A stretch of DNA of 63,702 nucleotides, filler included, from Rhizaria sp. SCN 62-66 (taxonomy: Eukaryota): NCBI GenBank assembly GCA_001724265.1. It is 4 parts of 4 records of this genome, joined end to end, with 100 filler letters (N's around TTAATTAATTAA, not from the genome) between each part and the next. Parts side by side here need not be neighbours in the genome. Positions count along the whole stretch, not along the records: positions 19,222 to 37,697 come from MEDY01000521.1; positions 37,798 to 51,329 come from MEDY01000522.1; 2 more parts are not named here. One strand, written 5' to 3'. Made by a program: the position numbers and the translations under genes. Shown here one piece after another: positions 36,672 to 49,163 of the stretch (position 1 is its first letter; each line of letters opens with the position of its first letter). The notes below the pieces were generated by a model. It searched no databases and was not told the origin of the DNA. It saw only the letters and a program-made list of their open reading frames with translations.

Positions 36672-37008
36672 ACACTTCTTCAACAGCTTGCATTCCACAT
36701 CATATCGCAACGTTTTTGAGGCTCGCGGATGAAAGAAATGGATGAAACATGTCTTCCTAAGTCCCAATCTTCCGTTTTTTATTACATTTTTTTCAAACCC
36801 CTTAGAAAGTATGCAAACCGAACTAATGTATTCACACGATAATCAGAAGATGAAAAAAAAGAAGAAAAAAACTGTAAAAATCAACCGTTATCTTGGTATT
36901 TTCGACTATTTCTCTACCCTCGACTGTAGGGGTCAGGCTTTGACTTGAAGTTATCTCTTGTCACTTCCTTTGACAGACACAAAACACCTGTCGCATTCTG
37001 ATTTTCAG

Positions 37009-37585
37009 CGCGGTCAAGCCTCTGGCGGCGCCACAGCGAAGAGCGGCGCGGCTGCAGGCAAGGGCGCGGCCGTGGTACTGTCCAACGCGGAGCGTGCGCT
37101 GGGCCGCACGCGGCTGGCGCTGCAGTACCAGGAGGCCGCGTGGGCGCGCGGAGAGGCCGCGCTGGGTGGGCTGCGCGGCGCGCAGGCGGCGCAGGCGGGC
37201 GAGTTGCTGGCCACGCGCGACGCGCTGCTGGGGCAGCTGGGCCGCTGCGAGCATATGCTGCAGACGGCGTTCACGCGCCTCGTGCGCAGGGGCAAGGAGA
37301 TGGCGGCGGGGCAGCTCGCTGCAGACAGCACGCTGCTGCCCCAGATTGGCAAGTGCGGGGGTGGACATGCGGTCGAGCGTCTCCTGCGCGGCGCACGCGG
37401 AGAAGGTCGGCAGCGAGACTAGGTGCAGCACGGCGTGCGCGGCGCGCAGGTTCGAGTGCACCGTCGTCACCGCGTCGCCGGGATGCAGCAAACGAGTCGC
37501 GCTGGACGTCCTCGCCCTTGAAGATGGCATCGACCTCCTTAAGAGTCGCGACTTGACAGCTACCAGTAGATTAAAACTTACGTAG
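37009..37585 (+). pseudogene. GC-rich exon-like fragment of an unknown helical protein, probably degenerate
   Basis: Follows a TTTTCAG acceptor-like site. Host-like codon usage (AERALGRTRLALQYQEAAWARGE...), but the most protein-like reading appears to change frame after about 37350 and no upstream exon is identifiable. Confidence 0.35.
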
Positions 37586-37600
37586 TACATGTAAGTACAC

Positions 37601-37697
37601 GTACCCCTGATGTAGAGGTTTATGAAAAAACGTGTTTTCCGCGATTTTCGCGCCTTGGTGCGCACTTTTCTATTTCACTACGAGCGAAATAGTCCAT
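37601..37697. repeat. Putative interspersed-repeat or transposon terminus at a contig end, related to 51430-51525
   Basis: The reverse complement shares ordered blocks CGTAGT, AAAGTGCGC, CAAxGxCGCxAAAA, CGTTTTTT and CTACAT(C)AGGGGT(T)AC with the start of the fourth contig. Confidence 0.4.
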
Positions 37698-37797
37698 NNN
37701 NNNNNNNNNNNNNNNNNNNNNNNNNNNNNNNNNNNNNNNNNTTAATTAATTAANNNNNNNNNNNNNNNNNNNNNNNNNNNNNNNNNNNNNNNNNNNN
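37698..37797. other. Artificial contig spacer
   Basis: N44-TTAATTAATTAA-N44. Confidence 0.99.
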
Positions 37798-38632
37798 GTA
37801 TTTTGTTGCCAACTTGACTTGAACGAAATCCCTCTGGGCTCCCTCCCCACGGCCCAGAGGCCGGTCCGCGCCATCCTACGACGGACCGATGGTTAATAAC
37901 AATTTGCATCATGAATGAACTATAAAATTGCACTTTTACGATTGAATCCTGTACAAATCCGCTTGTTCATTTGCATACAAGAGAGTGGACGATACCTATG
38001 TCTTGGAGGCTCTTGTTCTCCCTGTGTGTTGGTCGTTAACCTATGTATGTTTTTGCGCGGTTAGAGTCGACTAATAACGACTTTTGGACACTTGTGATCG
38101 AATCGGCTGTGAAGGTTGTTCTGGCACGACATTGTGTGACCAGGGTGACTCTGGCCGCGCGTCGAAGTGTACGATGTCCTGACAGTTACTTCCAGAGATA
38201 CTTTAAATAAAGCAAGAAAATAATATATCGACATGTATTTTTGAAACCCTGAAGTGGGAAGACAGTTGGATGATATGATTAATAAAATATCGTCTTGATC
38301 AATGTTACTCAAGTGCCTGTCCCGTGATAGGGTGATTCTCACACGAAATAGTCAAAATAACAGTTTATAAATACAAGTTCGATACACATACAACACACAC
38401 GCTCGCTGCCAACTCGTGCTGGAGATACGATCAAGTTGCTGTTCTGTCGTTGCGGTTAGCGTCAATATTGTGACTTGAAGTGTCTCATCGCATCCATCAC
38501 ATAGAACTCGTTGAGACAGATAACAGTAATCATCAACAGCTCCGCGGACAATTAATACATATCCAACAAGTGAGAAAATGTTAAATAAACAGAGTATCAT
38601 ATGATTCCCAAACATCGATGCGACACAACTCT

Positions 38633-40249
38633 TTAGTAGACAACGCCGACAACAACAGAGATATCGTCGACCTTCGGCTGCGTCATTGCGGAGCGAACAA
38701 CGAGTCCGGCAAAAAGCTCCGCGGCGTTACCGGCCGCCAATGCCTCTTGGTCAGCGCTGACGTTATCTGCGGCGCTCACCGCCGGCAGCGCCGCGACCCC
38801 GGGGCCGAAGAAGCCGCCGCGCGCGAGTGATAACGGCGCCATCCCAGTGGTCTTGAACACGACGGAGGAGTAGAGCGACGACAACGTCTGCGCAAACACT
38901 GGCCCCGGCAAGTTGTCGCTGACGCCATCGGTCATGACGACGATGACGTCGCCGCGCTTGAGCTCCGCCGTCGTCTCGGACGCCAGCCAGGGCGTCGGCT
39001 CGTCGGCGAAGGGGTCCACCCCCAAGTCCTCGCTGTCGAGTGGGATGCTCGTGCCGGCGCCGCGCTGCGTCACAAACTGCACGGGCGTCGGCACTTCGTT
39101 GCCCGGCGCGATGCCGTAGTCCATCGGCCACGACTGCGCCAACGGCACGGCGTGGCTGCGCGTGGCGAACTTGCCCGCGCGGCCCTCGGCCTCGGACGCC
39201 AGGTAGTATCGGGGGCGGAATGCAACGCAGATGCTGTCGCCGATTGACGCCGCAGTGAACCTCAGCCGCTCCGGGTCCGTGGGGTGCGGAGCGACCAGCG
39301 TGACGACGCCGGTGCACGCGCCGACGCGCGGCTTGCCTTCCTGGGTGAGCAGCGCGTAGGCGTCTGTGAGCACGGCCTTGGCCGAGGGCGAGTCGGGGCG
39401 CAGCACGCGGCGCACGTTGCGCATGAGCTCGTGCGACATCAGCGGCGTGTCGTTCTGCGGCTCGCCCTGCATGCCACCGACGCCGTCCGAGACGGAGAGC
39501 GCGACAGCCGACACGGCGTGCGCGCGCTCGGCAAGCACAGGCGCGGGCGTGAACGTGTGGTTGAAGTACAGCGCAGGGTCCGTGGCCTGCGCGGCCGTGG
39601 CGGCGTCGACGGTGGCGTACGGGTGCTCGACGACCGTCGCCGCGGCCGCGGGCACGACGGTGGCGTCGCCGCGCTGGAACGCGCATTGCGGCGTCGGGGG
39701 CGGGACCGCGGGGTTGCGCGACGCCGGCGCCGGCGACGCGTGCGCAATGCCCACGGCGTCGTCGCGCAAAGAGGCGGCCGCATCCTCGCCGAGCGCGGCA
39801 AAGTTAGGCAGCGCAGTGGGAGTCCAGCGCTGTGTGTTGAAGTTGAACTTGTCTTTGCTGATCCCCGTGGACGCGACGGCGATGCGCATTGGGGTGCGCG
39901 CGGCGGCGGCGGTAGTGTCGCCAGCAGCAGAGGGCGGGGGGACAAAGGATAGCGTCACGGACGGGGAAGAAAGGCGGAAAGGACGCAGCTCCGAGTCAAT
40001 GGTGGGCTTGGCCGGAGCGGACTCGGCGCCCTGGGACGCTGCGGAGTTCGAGGCTGCAGAAGAGGCCGAGGCCTCGGACGACGAGGTCTGCGAGGAAGAG
40101 AAGGCGCGCACGCCAAGTGCGGACAAAGCGGTGGCGGATACACCCGCGCCGGCAAGGTGAGCAGACGTGCGCTGTGTCGTAGGAACGCCGATGTGACGCA
40201 GGTACGCTGACAGGCGCGTTGACACGCGGGCTCCGATGGATGGGAGCAT
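38633..40249 (-). CDS. PP2C-family phosphatase, PTC7/PPTC7-like, with a probable mitochondrial presequence; 538 aa
   Basis: Motifs SVSDGVGG, GACTGVV, ASIGDS, LKRGDVIVVMTDGVSDNL and KVDDISVVV; Arg/Ser/Leu-rich N-terminus lacking acidic residues, ending ..VRAFSS. Stop TAA. Confidence 0.82.
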   Translation of the reverse strand: MLPSIGARVSTRLSAYLRHIGVPTTQRTSAHLAGAGVSATALSALGVRAFSSSQTSSSEASASSAASNSAASQGAESAPAKPTIDSELRPFRLSSPSVTLSFVPPPSAAGDTTAAAARTPMRIAVASTGISKDKFNFNTQRWTPTALPNFAALGEDAAASLRDDAVGIAHASPAPASRNPAVPPPTPQCAFQRGDATVVPAAAATVVEHPYATVDAATAAQATDPALYFNHTFTPAPVLAERAHAVSAVALSVSDGVGGMQGEPQNDTPLMSHELMRNVRRVLRPDSPSAKAVLTDAYALLTQEGKPRVGACTGVVTLVAPHPTDPERLRFTAASIGDSICVAFRPRYYLASEAEGRAGKFATRSHAVPLAQSWPMDYGIAPGNEVPTPVQFVTQRGAGTSIPLDSEDLGVDPFADEPTPWLASETTAELKRGDVIVVMTDGVSDNLPGPVFAQTLSSLYSSVVFKTTGMAPLSLARGGFFGPGVAALPAVSAADNVSADQEALAAGNAAELFAGLVVRSAMTQPKVDDISVVVGVVY

Positions 40250-41296
40250 CGTGGCGTTTAAAAGACCTTTGCGTTGGGAGCATATATGATGATTGAGAAG
40301 TTGTTAATTTGTCACAAGTTACAATTATAAACTTTGAATTCAATTCTAAATGATATAGTTTCACCTGACATTTTAAAGGCTCACAAATGGTCATTGCGTT
40401 CGACAGTGAAGTTGGGTCAGCTCAGTCTTTAAAGAAGAAAGAAAATTGTATTAGTTATGCTACTGCCAGAGTTATTATTGTGCAGTTGTGCGTGTATCTT
40501 TTAAAACAGTGAATTTTGGTGATATGGTATAGGAGAGCATAGTATCAATTTATATTCAAGTTCTTTTCCGAAGTTAAACGTTATACTGTGAGTTAGTTAC
40601 GACTTGCTGTACACTTGCACTTGCACAGTCTCCAACATGGAAGGAAAACATCAACACCATCGTTGTCACTGAATCACAAAAGCGAGGCAAAGCCGAGGAA
40701 CAGTTGTGTAACTGTGACTCTTGTGACTATTAAAGGTACTTAGCATCTTCATGGCATGACACTTTGAGCTTCACTTTTGCATCGAACGCGTCACTCAAAT
40801 GCAACAGCATGTCACTTGAAAACCTGTGAGCATTTTGTTTCGTACATTTACAATGTGTCTTTGTCCAGACTCATGTGTTATTTTTGATTGGAAACGTTAT
40901 ATATGAACTTGTTTTGTTCAGTACCAATACTGTGTATTATTGTTCAGTTCGCCTCTCGTTACATTCTGCTCCTATTGTCATTAGAGTCCAGACACCCCGA
41001 AACTCCTTACACGGGGAGCGCTGTGTGCCGACCAGACTGACAAGCAGGAGCGCCGCAGCTGTGACAACATTGTCTGTCATACCTGAGGAAGGGGGGTTTG
41101 GGAACCTTCGGTCCGTCACACCTGCCATGAAGGGGCACAGCCCTGCAGTGACAAGCAGAGAGACCAGACGGCAGCTACGGGAGCAGTACCTGTGACTCGC
41201 GTTGTCTGCGTGGGTAAGCAGAGTGCTTCGAGCGCATATACGGATTGTCACACGAACACCTTGGGTCAGGCTACGCCGAGTGCTGGGGCGTGTGGC

Positions 41297-43020
41297 TTAA
41301 AGCTTAGCGAGTGCGCCAGCACCCTCCGACTCGATACCGCACATATTAACGCCACGGACAATCCGGAAGTAACCACCCTCGCCCCTGTAAACGTGTATGT
41401 ATGAAAATAATGTGCGTTTGTAAGAGTTCAAGGCAAGAAAGAAGTGAAAGAGTCCAAAGGGCGAAAAAGAGTGAGTTGACATGTCACACAGGCAGAGCAG
41501 TTTACACACTCAAGATAGTCAGGACCGAATATATAATATATCTACTAAAATAAAGCAGAACACGTACCATGACTCATTCCAGCTATTCTGAATGCGCCAG
41601 TACTTCACGCCGTCCTCCGTGACGCCCCAGCCGACGAGGGTGACAGCGTGGCCGCCGAGCATGGAGCCGGTGGTGTGGGTGTAGACGCCGGACTTGTAGT
41701 CGAGGAAGTCGGAGTAGACGGAGAAGGCAACGGAGATCGGGCCGTTCGTCATGAGCTCGACCTGCATGTTCTTCTCGCCGTAGGCGCTGAAGGCAGACTT
41801 GAAGAACACCTTGTCCTGGTCGTAGGTGGTGGTGATCTTGGCCTAAGCACGAAACAACAACAATAACACAAGTGGCAACAAAATATACAGATGAGATGCA
41901 CTTCGCACATATTGAGATTATTATTTAATGATGAAGATTAAGATTATGAGATTAAACGCGCAACCACCTTTGTCATGGAGTCTTCGACTCAGTCAGTGCG
42001 AGGGTTCCCCGGTTGCAACTCAAAAAATGAGATTGTAGTAATTGAAGGTATGCAGTAAGCAAACGTACGTCAGTGTCGCAGGACTTCTGGCACTTGGGGG
42101 TATCGAAGTCGAGGGTGGAGCAGGCGGGGTCGAAGGTGTCGACGTGGTGGCCGCAGGGCTGGAAGGGGTAGCTGACGCAGCGGGAGAAGTCGTGGTAATT
42201 CTTGCCGGTCACGATACCAGTCTTGGTGAGCCAAGACCAGGCGGTGGAGGGGTAGCCACCCTGGCAGCCGAAGCCGCAGCTGGTGCAGCACGAGAGGAGG
42301 TCGCGGGCAGAGAGCTGGGTGGTGATGGCGCCGTTGCTAGCAATGCAGAGACGGTGCGAAGCAGCGCTAGAGACGGCCATAGCCCAGCAGGAACCGCAGG
42401 CGGACTGGTCAACGAGGGTGTTGATGACCTTGGCACACTGGGGGAAAGCCTCAGCAGCATCCCAGTTGGCGGGGATGTCGTCGTTGCTGTCCTCGTGGGA
42501 AACGGCAGGGAGCTTGTCGCCACCCTTGAGGGCACCGAGCTGACGCTGGATCTGCTCGAAGGTCATGCCATGGAAGCGCTCGTTGACACGGGCGGTCCAG
42601 CCAGCATTGGGGTTCTCGTTGATCTCAGTCTCGATGGACTTGAGGGTGGCACGAGCGGTCTAGAAAAAAACAGATCAGAGTTCGATATCCAGTTCGGGGT
42701 GTGAGGAGAAGTAAAGAATGAGCTTCTTGACCGACATAAATCAAGTACACACGATTTTTCTTTGCACATAAAAGTAGAGCATGTTCCAAACAAACATTAC
42801 ATAAATATAACATTCACTAGAAATGACGTGTTGTGCATCAAAACAGGAGGCGAGAACAGGGGCGAGAGTGGCTACTTCAGCATCATTCAGCACTCCATAA
42901 GAAAAGCATATCCCAACACGAAAAGCGCGCTGCGAACGCGAAACGTACCTCGGCATCGGTGAAGGGGCAAGCGGCGTAGACCGCGGCCACAAAGGCGAGG
43001 AAAACAAGAGAGAACTTCAT
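41297..43020 (-). CDS. CTSB: Cathepsin B (papain family C1A) preproenzyme; 4 exons, 341 aa
   Basis: Exons 43020-42949, 42659-42069, 41842-41568 and 41384-41297 (1026 nt). Signal peptide MKFSLVFLAFVAAVYA, DQSACGSCWA, occluding loop PCGHHV, GGHAV and [26 protein letters not shown]. Stop TAA. Confidence 0.95.
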
Positions 43021-44118
43021 GGTTCTAGCGTTGTTCAATGTTCCGTCTCAAGGGGCGTGAACATGACGCCCTACCTCCGGACGGACGACGTCGGCCCGAA
43101 CAAAATTTAAGCCGTGGGGCAGCGTTTCGGATGGCCGCAAATCTGTTTGTGGTGAGAACACTATTCTTTGCGTTTTATATACTATATTTCTTATAAAATC
43201 GAAAATATTTTAATATGTTGCCTTTATTTATTGCACACATCTCAAAACACATTATTATCATAATGTGACACATATAGTCAGATATATCCTTGTTAAACCG
43301 TTCATGCCTATCACGTATCTTTGATTGCAAAACCCGATTATGAATGTGGTTCTAGCAAGCGTGGCTTCATAACGCGCTCAGAGGTGCTCATTAGCGCCGA
43401 CTAGTTATTGCAGACACCGGAAGAGTCACAACATGACCCCAGTCTGTTGATTTGACCAGTGGTTCGTCGTCGCTGTTCTTTTGCGCACTCTCGGGACTAC
43501 ACTGCTTGTTGATGCGGTGTGGAGCCGAGTCTCACTGGATCAAATCGAAAACGATGCATCGTGACAGCTACTGTACCATAACCACCTTAACATCTGTTGC
43601 GACACCTTTGTTGTCTTCATTCTCGCATCATTCAGCGCAGTTGGATGCCTTGGGTACACACCTGAGATAAATACAAATATCACTTGAAAAACTCAGGATA
43701 TATTAAATTATGCCAATTTACGCTGTTGTTAAGTTGTATCAAGTCAAATAAAAGCTGATTAACCTACACAAATCGACAGGTAATATTATTTAGCGTTCCA
43801 TATGTGCCAAATCAATATGCACCACAAATCATTTCCTTGTCCGTCGCTGGTTCGACGACTGGAGATGCGTAGAGCAAAACGAGGTTCATTCAATCACAGA
43901 GCATTCCACATCAATCCTCACCGATAATGCCATCTCATCTTTTGTTATGGGCTGAAGACAATATATAATATCCAGATATTTGTTTCTTATCTTACGAACC
44001 CACCGTTGCACTTGCGAACAATCATGTGATGTGACGTGCATTCAGCTCACTCCTTCTCATCTTCGGTCATCTCTCTTTTCCACATACGACGTCTCGAACG
44101 TCAATATCCAGGCTGACG

Positions 44119-47100
44119 ATGGACTTATCCCAGTTCACCCAAGGCATGCTTCCGAAGGACCCTCGCTTCGCGGCCAAGTACCCCAACTTTGATGGTCGCG
44201 GCGTTACGGTCGCGATCTTCGACACCGGCTGCGACCCTTGCGCTCCTGGTTGCGGTCTCACCCCCGATGGCAAGGCCAAGTTTACGGACTTTGTCGACTC
44301 TACGGGCTCCGGTGACGTCGACATGTCCCTTGAGGTGACCCCCAACGCGGATAACGAGATCACCGGCCTCTCCGGCCGCACGCTCAAGCTAAGCGATACG
44401 TGGACGAACCCCACTGGCAAGTTCCGCGTCGGTCTCAAGGCCGCCTTCGACATTTTCCCCGGCCCGCTCGTCTCGCGCCTCAAGGCTACCCGCGCCGAGC
44501 TCCGCGCAAAGATTGAGGCGGAGCAAGAGGCCGCGCTGCTGCAGCAGATCTCCTCCCACCTTAAGGACTCGCCCGCGCACACCGAGGCGACGGCGCAGCT
44601 CAAGTCGCTTAAGGCGCTCTTCGCGGCCTACGCCGACAACGGGCCCGTGCTCGACTGCGTGTCGTTCCACGACGGCAAGCACTGGCGCGCTGTTATCGAC
44701 TGCAAGGAGGACGGCGACCTCACCGACGCCAAGCCCATGGCCGCATACAAGCACTTCTTCGAGTTCGCTGCTTTCTCCGTCGACTCTCAGCTTAACTACT
44801 CGTACAACTTCTATGAGGACGGCGACGTGCTCTCCATCGTCGTTGCCGCCGGCTCCCACGGCACGCACGTTGCCGGCATCGTCGGCGCTTACTTCCCCAA
44901 CGACCCCGACCGCTGCGGCAACGCGCCCGGCTGCCAGATGATCTCCGTCAAGATCGGTGACACCGCGCTGGGCACCATGGAGACGGGCCCCGGGCTGCTG
45001 CGCGGCGTCATCGCCGCCGCCGAGGCCGGCTGCGACCTCGTCAACATGTCCTACGGCGAGAAGACTTCGTCCCCCAACTACGGCCGCTTTGTTGAAGCCG
45101 CACAGGCGCTGGTCAAGAAGCATGGCATGATCTTCGTGTCCTCGGCTGGCAACGCCGGCCCCTGCCTCACCACCGTCGGCTCCCCAGGCGGCAATGAGGA
45201 GTACATGATTGGCGTCGGCGCGTTCGTGCTGCCCAGCATGACCTCGACGCAGTACGGGCTAGCCACCACGATCCCCGCGCCCGGCCTCAACTACCAGTGG
45301 TCCTCGCGCGGCCCCGCGGCCGACGGCGCCGCGGGCGTGTCGATCAGCGCGTGCGGCGGCGCCTACGCTCCCGTGCCCAACTGGACGCTGAACCACTCGC
45401 AGCAGATGAACGGCACGTCAATGTCGTCGCCCGCCGCGTGCGGTCTCATCGCGCTGCTGCTCAGCGGTATGAAGCAGTCGGGCATCAAGTACTCACCGGC
45501 CCGCGTCAAGGCCGTCATTGAGGCCACGGCCAACAAGGTTAAGGTCTCGGCCCCCACCGCGCTCGGTGCGGGCGTGCTCGACGTGCTGGCCGCGTTCGAG
45601 AAGCTCGTTGAGAGCAAGAACGAGGGCGCGCTCGACCTCTTCTACAAGATCGCCGTGTACAACGGCACGCTGCCTTCGGCCAGCAATACGCGCCCCGCGC
45701 GCGGCATCTACATCCGTGACGCCGGCGCCGCGTCGCTCGCTGCGCCCACGGTGTACGCCGTGTCCGTGCAGGCCGAGTTCCCCCAATGGCTGGACGAGAC
45801 CGAGGGCGTGACCGCCGGCCAGCAGTCGGCGGGCCCGAAGCCGCACCTGCCCAGCTTCACCACCGATGACAAGGTCAACATGCTGCAGTACATCACGCTC
45901 GAGTCCAACGAGCCTACGGGCGCCGTCGTCCCCGCGCCCTTTATGGTGCTGCCTCAGTGCGGCACCCGCTTCCAGGTCAAGATCGACACGTCGAAGCTCA
46001 GCCCCGGCCTGCACTACTCGACCATCACGGCGCGCCTCGCCGGCCACCCCGACGCGACCCCCGTGGCCGGTTCCGCGGAGAAGTTCAAGGCTCTGCCCGC
46101 GCTCTTCACTGTGCCCGTCACGATCGTGGTCCCGGAGCCCGTCCAGGTCCCCGCCCTCACCGCCGCGCCCTCGGTCAGCGCCACCAGCAGCAGCAAGTTC
46201 GCCTACACAGGCATCGTTATGCGCCACACCGAGATCATGTCCAAGTTCTTCGCCGTCCCGGCCCCCGCGACGTGGGCGCAGATCAAGGTCAAGGCCACCA
46301 ACGTCGACGCCGCGTACCGCTACTTCGTCCAGACGCAGCAGATGCTGCCGCAGCAGGCGTTGCCGCAGTTCTCTCTCGACCGCGTCGTCATTCTGCGTCA
46401 GGGCGTGGAGCAGGTCTTCGTCGTCCCCGTCGTCGGCGGCGTCACCATGGAGCTTTGCCTCGCGCCCGAGTGGGCGTCGGTGAACCCCATCACCGCGGAT
46501 GTCAGCGTCGAGTTCTACGGCGTGTCGGTCAACGGCGTCAACAATCCCATCTCCGGTGCCGCGCTCGCGGTCGACGCCTCGACTCCCGCACAGCCCCTCA
46601 CGGTCACTGTCCCGGCCCCGCTTCCGCCGCTCACCGTCGCGCTCTCGGCCGAGTTCGGCGCGCTGCAGCGCACGGTGTACCCCGCCGCCGCCTCGCTCGC
46701 GCCGCTGTCCGCGCGCGACACATTCCCGGGCGCCAAGGGCAGTTATGAGCTCACTCTCACCTACCCCATCTCGCTCTCGGCCGCCGCCGCGGTGACCCCG
46801 CGCGTGCCCGCGCTTAACGGTGTGCTGTACGAGGCGCCCTACGACGCGCAGATGACGCGTGTGTTCAACGAGCACAACGAGGCCGTCTTCACCGGCGACG
46901 CCTGGCCCTCGGCCAAGGGCTTCCGCGCCGCCGCCAACGCCAAGTACACGGCCGTCGTGTGCGTGCGCCAGGAGAGTTACAGCGCGCTGGAAAAGCTCGT
47001 CAACACGCCGATGATCATGGACATCACGCTGCCCGCCGCGGCTAAGGCGTCGTGCTACTTGACTCGTGCCGAGGCCATCGCAGGTTCTGGCGACGCCGCC

Positions 47101-48398
47101 ACGTTCCCCGCGCTCAGCGCCGCGTCCGTGGGCACCGCGTTCCTCGCCGCGCCCCAGTCCGTGCCTGCGTTTGCGGCCGCGGGCGACGTGCTTGTCGGCA
47201 CCCTCCGCGTCGTCGGCAAGAACTGCGAGGCCGCGCAGTCCACCAACGGCGGCCCCGCGGCCGAGACCGTCGGCGCCGTGCCTGTGCGCGCGCTCGTCAC
47301 CCGCGGCGGCGACTCCAAGGGCATCGAGGCCGAGACCAAGGCCGCGCCGAAGCTCTCCGCCTGCGCCGCCGCGCGCAAGGCTGTCTCCGCGACCGAGCCT
47401 GCTGCCGAGAAGGACCCCAAGGACTCCGCCAAGGATGCCCCCAAGGATGCCGCCAAGGATGCCAAGGCCGACGAGGTTAAGCCTGTCGACGCTGCCGAGG
47501 CCCAGCTCGACATGACCCTGAAGTATCTCTCTGGCACTGTCTCCAAGCCCACTGCTGCTTGGGCCATCGCCACGGCCCTGCCCCCACTACTCGCGACGCC
47601 GGCCAACGCGACCCACATCGCGCTCAACCAGGTATGTTCTCGAGCAAGATAAAACGCGGTTTGAAACACACTTTTTCCATTGCTACTACGTGTTTAAATC
47701 TCTTTTTTTCCTTACATTATTTCCTTTTCATTTTCCCCTGCTTTGTCATTGTTTAGGCCAACTTCAAGTGCATCACTGCTGTGACCCCTGCTGCTGAGCT
47801 CTACGCCGCTCTGTCCCCTGCTGTCGAGGCCTTTGTCAAGGCCATCGACGTGACTGCGCTTGCGCAGTACTTCGGCACTCAACGCGACGCCGCTGACCTC
47901 AGCGACGACGAGAAGGCCAAGGATAAGAAGTTCAAGGAGCAGCGTGCCGCCGTTGCTGACGCCTACGCTCAGCTCACTTCTGCCGCGATTGCCGCCGACC
48001 TTGCCGCTGTGCAGGCCAAGAGCAGCGGCGGCGCCGACGAGAGCGCGACGCTGGCCGCCGTCAAGGCTGCGTTGGCGCAGCTCCGCGCGTACGCGCAAGC
48101 GAGCGAGGCGGGCGTCAAGAGCTCGGCCGCGCTCTACGTCCACGCGCGTGAGGGCAAGAACGGCAAGGTGCTCGAGACCGTGGCGACGGGCAGCTCCGAC
48201 GCGCAGGACGCCGCCATCCTCGCCGCCGTGCTTGCCGTCGTCACCTCGGGCGCCGTGGGCAGCTCCGAGTCCAAGCAGCGTCTGTTTGCGCAGATCACCG
48301 CCGCCGTCGCCAAGAGCCTCGGTTGGGAGTACCTCGCCGGCGTCGTCGAGCGCAAGCTCATCACGGCCTACCCCTACGTGCGTGAGCGCTACTACTAA
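44119..48398 (+). CDS. TPP2: Tripeptidyl-peptidase II (subtilisin S8 family); 2 exons, 1384 aa
   Basis: Exons 44119-47631 and 47757-48398. Catalytic triad motifs AIFDTG, GSHGTHVAGI and MNGTSMSSP, plus TPPII-specific DSTGSGDVD, VKIGD..LGTMETG, VNMSYGE and SSAGNAGP. Stop TAA. Confidence 0.95.
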
Positions 48399-49163
48399 GC
48401 GGTCTGTAGCGCATGCGGCGCTTGCTGGAGTGGAGCTTTTGTAGTGTAGTTGTGTCGCGTTGTGGCAATGTGAGTGTAGCAATGTGACTTTGAAGTGAAA
48501 ACACTTCGAAGTAACTTCTTCTTCGACTGTCTTTTTGTTCTACTTTTAGCGCACAATTAACGAAAAAAACACGTTATGCGCGTTGTTGGGGCAAGTAGAC
48601 AGTCGACGTGTGTTTTGCCATTGTTTATAAGTTGTGAACAGTCAGTAATATAAATCCAGATTTATCTGCGTTTTTTTCGTGACGCAAACAAGTACCCAAC
48701 CAAGACGTGTTTCGGAACTTTTTTTCATTCTTTTCTTTCGATAAGTCAATTCAAACTAAATCAGCCTTCGGATAACCTTCAGACGTGCTTAAACTCGATG
48801 CATGTCTGTGATATAACAATACAGTTTAGTTTAACCTACAATCATTGATTTGCATGCAACGCAATATCAGTAGATTCAAACTCAGTTCCAATTGTTAGTG
48901 ATTTATAAAGCTAGTTTTTGTATTTATACGGGAGAAATAATACTAATATCATTTTGTTTTTGGTCAATATTCACTTTTTTTTCTTCATACTTTTGTTTTT
49001 GTTCGATAAAGATAAACATCTACTACGTAATCGTATCGCGCGAAGCGAGCAAGCTAGGTGACATAAGTCTTTTGAGACCTTCGCGTCAGGGTCGTAGCTT
49101 GCACAAACCTTGCGAAGACTTAGCAAGTAGCTTGTTTGCTACAGGTTGTGTTGCCTTGTTTGC

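Noticed and set aside
36798-36932. MITE bounded by CCCCT...AGGGG
   Set aside because: Only a 5-bp inverted match and no target-site duplication.
37420-37422. A fourth in-frame TAG
   Set aside because: The frame after it is not protein-like and soon hits TGA; the fragment looks degenerate, so it was not counted.
43841-43870. tRNA (possible CUA suppressor) around GGTTCGA
   Set aside because: No T-stem, acceptor stem or anticodon arm could be folded; no tRNA was found in the window.
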